Below are positions 1 through 8,443 of a stretch of DNA of 64,000 nt, in pieces. Origin of the DNA: Bacteroidales bacterium (GTDB taxonomy: Bacteria > Bacteroidota > Bacteroidia > Bacteroidales > FEN-979); the NCBI GenBank assembly GCA_030681475.1, contig JAUXWT010000061.1, positions 6,610 through 70,609 on the forward strand. The letters run 5' to 3'. The position numbers and the translations under genes were made by a program. The stretch's first letter is position 1. The number at the start of each line of letters is the position of its first letter. Below the pieces are notes generated by a model that was not told the origin of the DNA, did no database searches, and was given only the letters and a program-made list of their open reading frames with translations.

Positions 1-422
1 CCGATAGGATTGACGTGACCCCAGTATGATTCAACCTGCGGATGTACTTCAGGGTCTCCATAAACTTCGCTGGTAGAGGCTTGCAAAATCCTGGCCTTGA
101 TTCGTTTGGCCAGCCCCAGCATGTTGATGGCGCCCATCACCGAGGTTTTGACCGTTTTTATGGCATTGTATTGATAGTGGATCGGGGATGCCGGACAGGC
201 AAGGTTATAAATCTCGTCAACCTCAATAAAAAAAGGCATGGTCACATCATGACGGATCAACTCAAAATATGGATTGCCGAGCAAATGCACCACATTTTGC
301 TTTTGCCCGGTAAAATAGTTATCGAGGCATATTACCTCGTGTCCTTCCCCAAGCAACCGGTCACAAAGATGAGATCCGAGAAAACCCGCGCCACCGGTGA
401 TTAAGATTTTTTTCTTTAACAT
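1..422 (-). CDS. UDP-glucuronate decarboxylase (UDP-xylose synthase) family SDR, 3' end outside the window
   Basis: Not in the ORF track. Manual translation from ATG at 422 gives [24 protein letters not shown]...[13 protein letters not shown]...[11 protein letters not shown]...YWGHVNPIG. It lies directly downstream of ugd. Confidence 0.92.
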   Translation of the reverse strand, partial: MLKKKILITGGAGFLGSHLCDRLLGEGHEVICLDNYFTGQKQNVVHLLGNPYFELIRHDVTMPFFIEVDEIYNLACPASPIHYQYNAIKTVKTSVMGAINMLGLAKRIKARILQASTSEVYGDPEVHPQVESYWGHVNPI

Positions 423-446
423 GGATTGTGATTTTCCTTCGCGAAA

Positions 447-1772
447 TTATTTTGAAGTGTTTACGCCGATGCAGTAATAGATGAACCCTTTACGTTTCAT
501 CTCAGCAATATCGTAAATGTTCCGTCCATCAAAAACGACCGGATTTTTCAGCAGCTCGAGCATGTTTTCGAAATTTGGAAATTTGAACTCCGGCCATTCG
601 GTGACAAGCATCAGGCAATCTGCACCCACAAGTGCATCGTACTGATCGGGAGCATATTCAATTTTATCACCCAGTATCCGTCGGGTTTCATTCATGGCAA
701 CAGGATCGTATGCCCTGACTTTTACTCCTGCATCAAGAAGCTTTTTAATGATGACCAGTGATGGAGCCTCCCGCATGTCGTCGGTGTGCGGTTTAAATGA
801 TAATCCCCAGATGGCGACCGTCTTTCCGGTTACAGTTCCGCCATAATGTGTGATCAATTTGTTGAAAAGGACAGATTTCTGATCATCGTTAACAGCTTCA
901 ACCGCTTTCAGCACACGGAGATCGTATTGATAATCTTCGGCAGTGTGGATCAGGGCTTTGACATCTTTCGGAAAACAGGATCCGCCATAGCCTACACCCG
1001 GATAGATGAATTTGTTGCCGATCCGGCTGTCAGAACCGATTCCTTTTCGCACCATATTGATATCGGCTCCAACGATTTCGCACAGGTTGGCAACATCATT
1101 CATAAAACTGATCTTGGTTGCGAGCATGGAATTGGCTGCATATTTTGTCATCTCGGCCGAGGTGATGTCCATGAAAATGATCGGGTGACCGTTTAAGGTG
1201 AAAGGTTTATAAAGCGCTTTCATCAGGTCTTCCGCACGGGTGGAATCACATCCGACCACGATGCGGTCGGGTTTCAGGAAATCATCGATGGCTGCCCCTT
1301 CTTTAAGGAATTCAGGGTTTGATGCCACATCAAATGGTATGTTCACGCCTCGTTTATCCAGCTCTTCCTGAATGGCGCCCCGCACGGCTTTGGCAGTGCC
1401 AACCGGTACGGTGCTTTTGGTCACGATCAGCAGGTAATCTTTCATATGTTTGCCGCAATCGCGGGCCACGCTGATCACATATTGAAGGTCGGCGCTTCCG
1501 TCTTCATCAGGGGGAGTGCCCACCGCACTGAATATCACCTCACAATCTTCAAGCGCTTCAGCAATGTTGGTGGTAAAACGGAGACGTTCTTTTTTCATAT
1601 TCCGATGGACCATTTCCTCCAACCCCGGCTCATAAATTGGAATAATTCCGTTGTTAAGATTTTCGATTTTTTTATGATCAGTATCAACGCAGGTAACTTC
1701 GATTCCGACTTCAGCGAAGCAGGTACCTGAAACCAGTCCCACATATCCGGATCCAACAATGGCAACTTTCAT
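447..1772 (-). CDS. ugd: UDP-glucose 6-dehydrogenase
   Basis: GSGYVG Rossmann motif, SNPEFLKEG, catalytic [15 protein letters not shown]. Confidence 0.95.
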   Translation of the reverse strand: MKVAIVGSGYVGLVSGTCFAEVGIEVTCVDTDHKKIENLNNGIIPIYEPGLEEMVHRNMKKERLRFTTNIAEALEDCEVIFSAVGTPPDEDGSADLQYVISVARDCGKHMKDYLLIVTKSTVPVGTAKAVRGAIQEELDKRGVNIPFDVASNPEFLKEGAAIDDFLKPDRIVVGCDSTRAEDLMKALYKPFTLNGHPIIFMDITSAEMTKYAANSMLATKISFMNDVANLCEIVGADINMVRKGIGSDSRIGNKFIYPGVGYGGSCFPKDVKALIHTAEDYQYDLRVLKAVEAVNDDQKSVLFNKLITHYGGTVTGKTVAIWGLSFKPHTDDMREAPSLVIIKKLLDAGVKVRAYDPVAMNETRRILGDKIEYAPDQYDALVGADCLMLVTEWPEFKFPNFENMLELLKNPVVFDGRNIYDIAEMKRKGFIYYCIGVNTSK

Positions 1773-1836
1773 GATCTGGCAGTTTTTGTTTAGCTAATTT
1801 TGGACAAAAATAGAGAAATTATTTAACGCATGTAAA

Positions 1837-2640
1837 TCAGATATTCAACCTGGTTTGAATTGCCTGGATATCATTGCGTAACTGTTTAACTGTTTCCACC
1901 AGATGATAGTTCTCAGAGTTGAGATTTTCGGGTATTTTTGGACTGATGTAATGCACGAATTGCCAAATTTCACGGATATCCTGTACTTTGATCTCGTACG
2001 GTTCGTAAAGCGGATTCAGCGAATGCAGCAGCAGGTTCCCTTCGGTTTTGATCCTGTTCTCGATCACTTTAAACACGATGCCTTCGTCCATGGTGAGAAT
2101 GATATAGGCATCACGGTCGCGGAGTGTTGTCCAGTCCTGGATGAATACCCCGGTAACCCATGATCCATGCGGGATGGGCAGCATCGAATCTCCGTTAACC
2201 TGGAATGTCCTGTACTTTTTTTGCCGGGATAAAAATGGCAATCTGAAGGTCGGCAGGATGCTGATATATTCAGGGTCGGCAAACCCGCTGGTATATCCCG
2301 CTTTTGCCTTTTCCGAAACGAGTTCGATGTTGTCTTCATTATCCGGACCTACCGTTGTGGTAAGAATACGGAGGTTTGAACCCTTGATGAATACATCGTA
2401 GCCCCGTTCCAGTTGCCTGAGCTGGCTTTCCGGGATTTTGACCAGGTCAACCCTGATCAGGGTGTCGATGGCTACATTGTAATATTTTGAGAAGGCGATC
2501 AGGGTTTCAAAGCCCGGCTGGGCAATGTTGTTCTCGTATCCGCTCAGTGTGGAGCGTTTCATGTTCAGGGTAACGGCGACATCGTCCTGAGTCCGTCCGC
2601 GCCGGTTGCGTAAAAATTTGATGTTGCTGCTGAAAAACAT
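1837..2640 (-). CDS. XRE-HTH plus S24 peptidase repressor (LexA-like/CI-like), probable non-canonical SOS repressor
   Basis: N-terminal HTH (RTQDDVA...RSTLSGYEN), Ala-Gly cleavage site AKAGY, catalytic Ser in NGDSM, Lys in IVFKVI. Divergent from dinB. Confidence 0.88.
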   Translation of the reverse strand: MFFSSNIKFLRNRRGRTQDDVAVTLNMKRSTLSGYENNIAQPGFETLIAFSKYYNVAIDTLIRVDLVKIPESQLRQLERGYDVFIKGSNLRILTTTVGPDNEDNIELVSEKAKAGYTSGFADPEYISILPTFRLPFLSRQKKYRTFQVNGDSMLPIPHGSWVTGVFIQDWTTLRDRDAYIILTMDEGIVFKVIENRIKTEGNLLLHSLNPLYEPYEIKVQDIREIWQFVHYISPKIPENLNSENYHLVETVKQLRNDIQAIQTRLNI

Positions 2641-2661
2641 TTTTTGTTTTTTTTAAAAATA

Positions 2662-2701
2662 TGATTATATTATCGTCGGAAATTTGATTAAAAACATGGC
2701 A
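2662..2701. promoter_or_regulatory. Two degenerate TGATTA-N5-TAATCA-like boxes (candidate repressor operators)
   Basis: TGATTATATTATCGTCG (2662-2678) and TGATTAAAAACATGGCA (2685-2701), starts 23 bp apart. The same architecture recurs at 8402-8441. Confidence 0.65.
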
Positions 2702-2707
2702 AAGATA
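2700..2707 (-). promoter_or_regulatory. Bacteroidota -7 promoter element for the repressor gene
   Basis: TATCTTTG on the minus strand matches TAnnTTTG and abuts the second operator box. Confidence 0.6.
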
Positions 2708-2714
2708 ATAAAAA

Positions 2715-2742
2715 ATTTCGCTATTTCGCTATTTCGCTATTT
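2715..2742 (+). repeat. 8-bp tandem repeat (ATTTCGCT)x3.5 immediately before the dinB ATG
   Basis: atttcgct atttcgct atttcgct attt ATG. Confidence 0.9.
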
Positions 2743-3909
2743 ATGTTAGTCTCCCGCAATATAGTACATCTCGATATGGATACGTTCTTCGTCTCCGTCG
2801 AACGCCTCCTCCGCCCGGAACTGGTGGGGAAGCCGGTAATCATCGGCGGCGCCTCCGACCGGGGGGTGGTGGCTAGTTGCAGCTATGAGGCACGGAAATT
2901 TGGCATACATTCGGCCATGCCAATGAAGATGGCCCGGACGTTGTGCGGAGATGCCATCCTCGTGAGGGGCGACATGGAGCTCTATTCGAAGTATTCGCAC
3001 ACCGTTACGGAGATCATCGCCGAAAAGGCGCCGTTGTACGAGAAAGCCTCCATTGACGAGCATTATCTCGATGTTACCGGGATGGACCGCTTTTTCGGAT
3101 TACAGAAATGGACCCATGAACTGCGGGAAAGTATCATCAAAAACACCGGTCTGCCCATCTCTTTCGGACTGTCGGTGAACAAGACCGTATCAAAGATCGC
3201 CACCGGCGAAGCCAAGCCCAACGGGGAACTGTATGTGGGACCCGGGGCGGTGCAACCTTTCCTGGCGCCATTGTCGATCCGTAAGATCCCGATGATCGGG
3301 GAGAAGACTTACCGGCTGCTCCGTTCCATGGGGGTGGTGACGATCGATACGCTGAGCCATATTCCCGTCGACATGTTGGAACGGGTGATGGGCAGGAACG
3401 GCATCGTGATATGGGAGAAGGCCAACGGCATTGACCGCACCCCGATCTACCCGTACCATGAAGCCAAATCGGTGAGTACAGAAAATACCTTTGAGCAGGA
3501 CAGCATCGACATCGTACGGATGAAAGAGATCCTGGTGAAGATGGTGGAGAAGATATCCTTTGAGTTGCGCGACAAGCAAAAACTAACCTCCTGTGTCACG
3601 GTGAAGATCCGTTACTCGAATTTCGATACCCATACCCTGCAGCAGCATGTACCTTATACCGCATTTGACCATCAGCTCATCCCGGTGGTGAAGAATCTCT
3701 TCGACCGGCTCTACCAGCGCCGCATGTTGATCCGCCTCATCGGCGTTCGTTTCAGTAGCCTCATCTCGGGAAACCCGCAACTCAATATGTTCGATGACAA
3801 TGTGGAAATGGTTAATCTCTACCAGGCGCTCGACAGGATCAGGCGAAAGTATGGGCAGAAGATTGTGAGGAGGGGGGTGGCAATAAGAAATAGCGAAATA
3901 GCGAAATAG
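2743..3909 (+). CDS. dinB: DNA polymerase IV (Y family)
   Basis: HLDMDTFFVSVE, SCSYEARKFGI, ASIDEHYLD, SKIA..KPNG, IRLIGV. Confidence 0.95.
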   Translation: MLVSRNIVHLDMDTFFVSVERLLRPELVGKPVIIGGASDRGVVASCSYEARKFGIHSAMPMKMARTLCGDAILVRGDMELYSKYSHTVTEIIAEKAPLYEKASIDEHYLDVTGMDRFFGLQKWTHELRESIIKNTGLPISFGLSVNKTVSKIATGEAKPNGELYVGPGAVQPFLAPLSIRKIPMIGEKTYRLLRSMGVVTIDTLSHIPVDMLERVMGRNGIVIWEKANGIDRTPIYPYHEAKSVSTENTFEQDSIDIVRMKEILVKMVEKISFELRDKQKLTSCVTVKIRYSNFDTHTLQQHVPYTAFDHQLIPVVKNLFDRLYQRRMLIRLIGVRFSSLISGNPQLNMFDDNVEMVNLYQALDRIRRKYGQKIVRRGVAIRNSEIAK

Positions 3910-3942
3910 CGAAATGGTGAAATAGCGAAATGGTGAAATGGT
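3887..3942 (+). repeat. 8-bp tandem repeat (GAAATRGY)x7 spanning the dinB stop
   Basis: gaaatagc x3, gaaatggt, gaaatagc, gaaatggt x2. Reverse complement of the tract at 2715-2742. Confidence 0.92.
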
Positions 3943-5132
3943 CAGGTAGTTTTTTTTCTCAGATCAAGGAACATCACTATCGAGACAATTACCAGGAGGA
4001 AATTGCTTAGTCCCATCAGGCCTGATTCTAAGATCCGGTGTGAGAGTTCCCTTCCCAAGAGATCATCGGAATTTGCCCCGTAAAAAAAGAGGAGGATGAC
4101 CAGAAAAGGGATCCACCAATATTGTTTTCGGGAAGCCGTGTAAAAAATCATGAATGCAATCAGAGGCGCACTGAACACGAGTAGTACCCAGTCTGTCTTG
4201 ATAAGGTTAGGAAGAAGTGCGATCATCAAAAACCATTCGAAAGCAAAATTCACATCAGCAAAACCGTTCAATTTAGATTCCGGTTTTTCCTGGTGAATGT
4301 TTTTCAGAATGAACATGCTGACAATGGCACAACAGAAAAAAAAGATTACCGGGATTCCCCAGGCTGGCCATGATGGCATGAGTTGTCTTATGAAATAGTC
4401 GAGCGATGTCTTCCCGGGAAACCCACCGCTGTGCATAAGAATAGAATTGATCCAGTCTCCGTACATGCTGATACTCCTTTGCGGACCCGGGAAAACGAAG
4501 GGCAATAATGATATCAATGTGATTGTCAGACAAAGCCAGACCAATGTGTTCCATCTTTTTCTAAGAACCAGCGGAAGCAGCAAGATCATAAGGTAGGGTT
4601 TAACCAGGATCACGATACCCAACAGGATGCCGCCTTGCATATCTTTCCCTCTGAGGAAATTCCGGATCGAAATACAACACAGCATCAGCAGGATAATGTT
4701 GATGTTGCCAACGTACAATTCCCGGGCAAAATGGATCAGAATGCACACAAATGCCAGTGAAATCAACCCGAGTTCATGTTTTAGATTTTCAAAAGGAAAG
4801 TAGTCATGAAGTACTTTACGAATGACCATAAATGTGTACCAGTAAGCCGCGCCAAGAATAGCGAAATGAATAATTGCTGCTGTATTAAAGTTGAAAAGGG
4901 TGTATGGGATGAAAAAAAACAGCGTTGCAGGGCTATACTTGTAAAATCCACTTCCGGTGTAAAAAGAAATCATGTACACCGGTTCCCCAGTAACCAGGTT
5001 TTTTGCTGCTGAATAATAAACCATGAAATCACCGGGATGAAAACGGTCATTAAAGATATTCAGGACTAATGTCAGCAACCAGAGGAGGGCCACCAAAAGC
5101 GTGAATCCATTTATGATGTCATTTTTTTTCAT
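3942..5132 (-). CDS. GT-C fold membrane glycosyltransferase (GT87/DUF2029-like)
   Basis: Multi-pass membrane protein with DFMVYYSAA, YKYSP, GNINIIL and LVKPY motifs. Confidence 0.8.
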   Translation of the reverse strand: MKKNDIINGFTLLVALLWLLTLVLNIFNDRFHPGDFMVYYSAAKNLVTGEPVYMISFYTGSGFYKYSPATLFFFIPYTLFNFNTAAIIHFAILGAAYWYTFMVIRKVLHDYFPFENLKHELGLISLAFVCILIHFARELYVGNINIILLMLCCISIRNFLRGKDMQGGILLGIVILVKPYLMILLLPLVLRKRWNTLVWLCLTITLISLLPFVFPGPQRSISMYGDWINSILMHSGGFPGKTSLDYFIRQLMPSWPAWGIPVIFFFCCAIVSMFILKNIHQEKPESKLNGFADVNFAFEWFLMIALLPNLIKTDWVLLVFSAPLIAFMIFYTASRKQYWWIPFLVILLFFYGANSDDLLGRELSHRILESGLMGLSNFLLVIVSIVMFLDLRKKTT

Positions 5133-5141
5133 AGTTGGAAT

Positions 5142-6608
5142 CTATCGGACCTGTGGTTTTTTTAATTCGTAAACATACCAGAAGCTCGTACGGTCCATCC
5201 AGTGATTGAAGTTGAAACGGTTTATCCATTGAGGGTAAGTGGAGTAAATAAGGGTCGGATTGAATTGTTTTCCGGTCTGCAATATGGGTTTACTTGTCAC
5301 CACAAGATTGATGGTATCCTTCGACGTCTTGATCCTTTGCAACGAATCCACTTGTTTGAATACAAGGCCATTCCTTTTATAATAATGTATGTCAACTTTT
5401 GCCCGGTGATATGGGTTATCACCTGTGAAGTAGAGATTTGCAGGAGAGGGATAATTATCCCAGAGCTTTTTATACAAGGAGATCTGATCATCGGCCGGGC
5501 GGAAGATCAGGATCAAAAGCATTAAAAAGTTAAGCGACCAGAAGATTCGGAATGAAATTCTGGTCACGCGATGTTTGAGTTGCTCATATCCGTTTTTCTT
5601 CAGCAAAAGATCAGCAGTCCGGATGATCATTACCGGGAGAAAACCGATCATGGGGAAAAGGAACCTGATCTCTTTGTGCGGGATGATAAAATGAATAGCC
5701 AGGAATGGTATGATCGTCCAGGTCATCACATCCTTCGGGAAAAAGATGAAATAGAGAAAAACAGCCATGATATAAATGAGACTTAGCGGAGGAAAGGCAT
5801 TAATAAAAGTCTGTTCAATATAGTACCACCATGGACTTACCCCGAAACCAGCGGCTTTATCGAGAAGGATGTTCTGCAGAAAATAATTCCATGAAGTTAG
5901 AACCCATTCACCATAGAACCATCTGTCAATCAGGATACCAAGCATAGTCGCCGCGATGATCCCGGAACTGAATAAAGTAAAATTCCTGAACCCCGATTTA
6001 CGGACTACTGCGAGCCAGGCTGCAAAACCGAGGATCATAAAAGCTACCTGATACCTTGTGATAAATGCCAGGCCCAGAATAAATCCGGTTATCAGATAAT
6101 CAACCGGTTTCAGTCTCTTCCGGAGAAAGAACCAGGCGAGTCCGATAAGGAAAACCCTTCCGGCAACTGTTTCGGATGAAAACCTGACGCTGTTATAGGG
6201 TACAAACCAAATGAAAAATGAGAGCAGCAGGAAGGTGTATAGCAATTTCCGGTTCGTAATTTCCGGTGCATACAGCCTGATGATCATGTGAATGCTGATA
6301 AAAGCAAGCATTGCCGCGAGTAACCGGATGATGAAGGCGATATAAAACGGATTGGTACAACCGGTTACGGAAATGGTCTTATATACAGAATACACCACCA
6401 TAGGCTGAAAGGCCGGCCGCATCATACATGCGTACTCCCATGGAAGGTTGGCCTTTTCCGTTAACCCGAGCTTTAACCCGGCAAATTCAATGACCTGGAA
6501 ATGTTCGTCAAAATGATTATATCCAACAGAAAACCAGGCAGTCAGCAGGAAGACCAATCCTGCTAAGATATAGAACCGACGATTTTTATTCCCTTGTTCA
6601 ATTACCAT
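5142..6608 (-). CDS. GT-C mannosyltransferase, Alg9/PIG-B-like (GT22)
   Basis: HFDEHFQVIE, LPWEY, DRWFYGEW, PWWYY and PHKEIRFLFP motifs. Start placed at ATG 6608 (track start 6623). Confidence 0.8.
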   Translation of the reverse strand: MVIEQGNKNRRFYILAGLVFLLTAWFSVGYNHFDEHFQVIEFAGLKLGLTEKANLPWEYACMMRPAFQPMVVYSVYKTISVTGCTNPFYIAFIIRLLAAMLAFISIHMIIRLYAPEITNRKLLYTFLLLSFFIWFVPYNSVRFSSETVAGRVFLIGLAWFFLRKRLKPVDYLITGFILGLAFITRYQVAFMILGFAAWLAVVRKSGFRNFTLFSSGIIAATMLGILIDRWFYGEWVLTSWNYFLQNILLDKAAGFGVSPWWYYIEQTFINAFPPLSLIYIMAVFLYFIFFPKDVMTWTIIPFLAIHFIIPHKEIRFLFPMIGFLPVMIIRTADLLLKKNGYEQLKHRVTRISFRIFWSLNFLMLLILIFRPADDQISLYKKLWDNYPSPANLYFTGDNPYHRAKVDIHYYKRNGLVFKQVDSLQRIKTSKDTINLVVTSKPILQTGKQFNPTLIYSTYPQWINRFNFNHWMDRTSFWYVYELKKPQVR

Positions 6609-6638
6609 AATTCCACCTCTCAAATCGCTGTTTTGTAA

Positions 6639-8240
6639 TTAAAACCCGTTCAGTTGCAAAGTAACAGTCGGGATAAGTAACAAAAACCCAAGGATGAGCA
6701 TGATCAGCATGAACGGAGTCACCCACTTAAGCCATTTATCGTAAGGGATCCGTGCAATGCCAAGAACTCCCATTAAAACTCCTGAAGTTGGGGTGATCAT
6801 GTTGGTGAATCCATCGCCGAATTGATAGGCCATGACGGTCGCCTGACGCGATACGCCGATCAGGTCGGAGAATTGCGACATGATCGGCATGGTCAGCGCT
6901 GCCTTAGCTGAACCAGAAGGCATGATGAGATTTATTCCGGTCTGTACCACGTACATGATGCTTACCGAGGCATAATTCCCCATGTCGCTCATGGAGTCTG
7001 CAACATAATAAAGAAGGGTGTCGATGACCTGTCCGTTTTTCAGGATGATGATGATACCCCCGGCAAGGCCAACGATCATTCCGGCCGAAAGAATATCACG
7101 CACGCCGTCAAGGAAGTGCTTCGTAATTTCATTCAGGGTATAGTTCATGGCAAGCCCCGATGCGATACCCATAGCAAAGAAAAGCGTGGCAATCTCCATG
7201 ACATACCAGGCATAACCCATCACACCTACGATCAAAAATGCAATGGTGAAGAACAACAGACCCAGAATGAAGAAATGTACTGAATTCCTGAGTGCAACAA
7301 TCCCGGTAATAAAATACAGCGCGGTAAGGATGGGAACGATCGGAATAGTTACAGTGGCGAGCCCGATCTTTAAATCTGTCAGCGGATGGAAAAAGGAAAA
7401 AATGATCAGCACTAGCTGGATGGCTCCGAATACAAGCCAGGCAGCAATGGGTGTGTGGTAATTCTCCGGTTCCTCATCTTTTCCGGTTATAACGCGCCAA
7501 TAATCATCATCTTCATGAACGTAAGATTTTTCAGGATTTTTCCTGATCTTCCTGGCATACCAGAGTACATATGAAATCCCGACAAAATTGATGACTACCC
7601 AGCAAAACATCCGGTATTCGATTCCGGAGAAGAGCGGCAATTTTGACAATCCCTGTGCAATTCCGATGGTAAACGGATTGAGCAGGGCGCCGGCGAATCC
7701 CAGGCCTGCGCCGACGAAACACAAGCACAGCCCCACAATGGAATCATAACCCATCCTTACAGCCAGCGGTACAAAAATAATAGTGAAGGCAATGGTCTCC
7801 TCACTCATGCCAAACACCGCGCCGAAGATGCTGAACATCAGCATCAGCAATACAATGATGAGGTTGTCAACGCCCAGGTATTGCAGTACCCTGTTTTTCC
7901 CGATTTTCTTTGTGTAACGCAGAAAGGCATAAATCCCAATGTCGATCGACCGGGTCTGGTTCATGATCCAGAAAGCTCCGCCGATCAGCAGGATAAAGAC
8001 GATGATATCTGCCTTATCAACGAACCCGTCAAAAATGGCGGAAAAGATCTGCCAGGTCTGTGGTGAGTTTCCGATGTAATGAAAACTATTGCTTTTAACA
8101 ACTTCACGGTCGATCCCGTTCACCTGGATCACCTCACGGATGAAGGTGCCGCCCGGAATGATCCAGGTAAGTATTCCGGCAATAATAACAATAAAGAATA
8201 CAATGACGTATGTATGAGGAATCCTGATTTTTTTTGCCAT
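6639..8240 (-). CDS. YfcC/DcuC-family transporter (putative basic amino acid antiporter)
   Basis: IPHTYVI, GMSEETIAF, NPFTIGIAQ, PSGSAKA, QFGDGFTNMITPTSG. Confidence 0.88.
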   Translation of the reverse strand: MAKKIRIPHTYVIVFFIVIIAGILTWIIPGGTFIREVIQVNGIDREVVKSNSFHYIGNSPQTWQIFSAIFDGFVDKADIIVFILLIGGAFWIMNQTRSIDIGIYAFLRYTKKIGKNRVLQYLGVDNLIIVLLMLMFSIFGAVFGMSEETIAFTIIFVPLAVRMGYDSIVGLCLCFVGAGLGFAGALLNPFTIGIAQGLSKLPLFSGIEYRMFCWVVINFVGISYVLWYARKIRKNPEKSYVHEDDDYWRVITGKDEEPENYHTPIAAWLVFGAIQLVLIIFSFFHPLTDLKIGLATVTIPIVPILTALYFITGIVALRNSVHFFILGLLFFTIAFLIVGVMGYAWYVMEIATLFFAMGIASGLAMNYTLNEITKHFLDGVRDILSAGMIVGLAGGIIIILKNGQVIDTLLYYVADSMSDMGNYASVSIMYVVQTGINLIMPSGSAKAALTMPIMSQFSDLIGVSRQATVMAYQFGDGFTNMITPTSGVLMGVLGIARIPYDKWLKWVTPFMLIMLILGFLLLIPTVTLQLNGF

Positions 8241-8401
8241 GATCACCGGGTTAAAGAACAGCGTGGGTCAACGGTTTCGTCCAAGATCTGAAGAGTAAGA
8301 TGTGACTTGGTCTGCAAAAATGCAAAAAAAATGTGAAAGCCCGAATTATCCCGGAGTATTCGGGTTAAATTTTGTTTTTTCTTTTGATGATGTATGAAAA
8401 A

Positions 8402-8441
8402 TGATTATATTATAGTCAAAAAAATGATTAAAAACTAATCA
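8402..8441. promoter_or_regulatory. Two tandem palindromic boxes TGATTA-N5-TA(G/A)TCA directly before the dnaE2 start
   Basis: TGATTATATTATAGTCA (8402-8418) and TGATTAAAAACTAATCA (8425-8441, perfect inverted half-sites), starts 23 bp apart. Confidence 0.75.
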
Positions 8442-8443
8442 AA

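Noticed and set aside
42-404. 120-aa plus-strand ORF
   Set aside because: It is the antisense shadow of the clear UDP-glucuronate decarboxylase gene on the minus strand.
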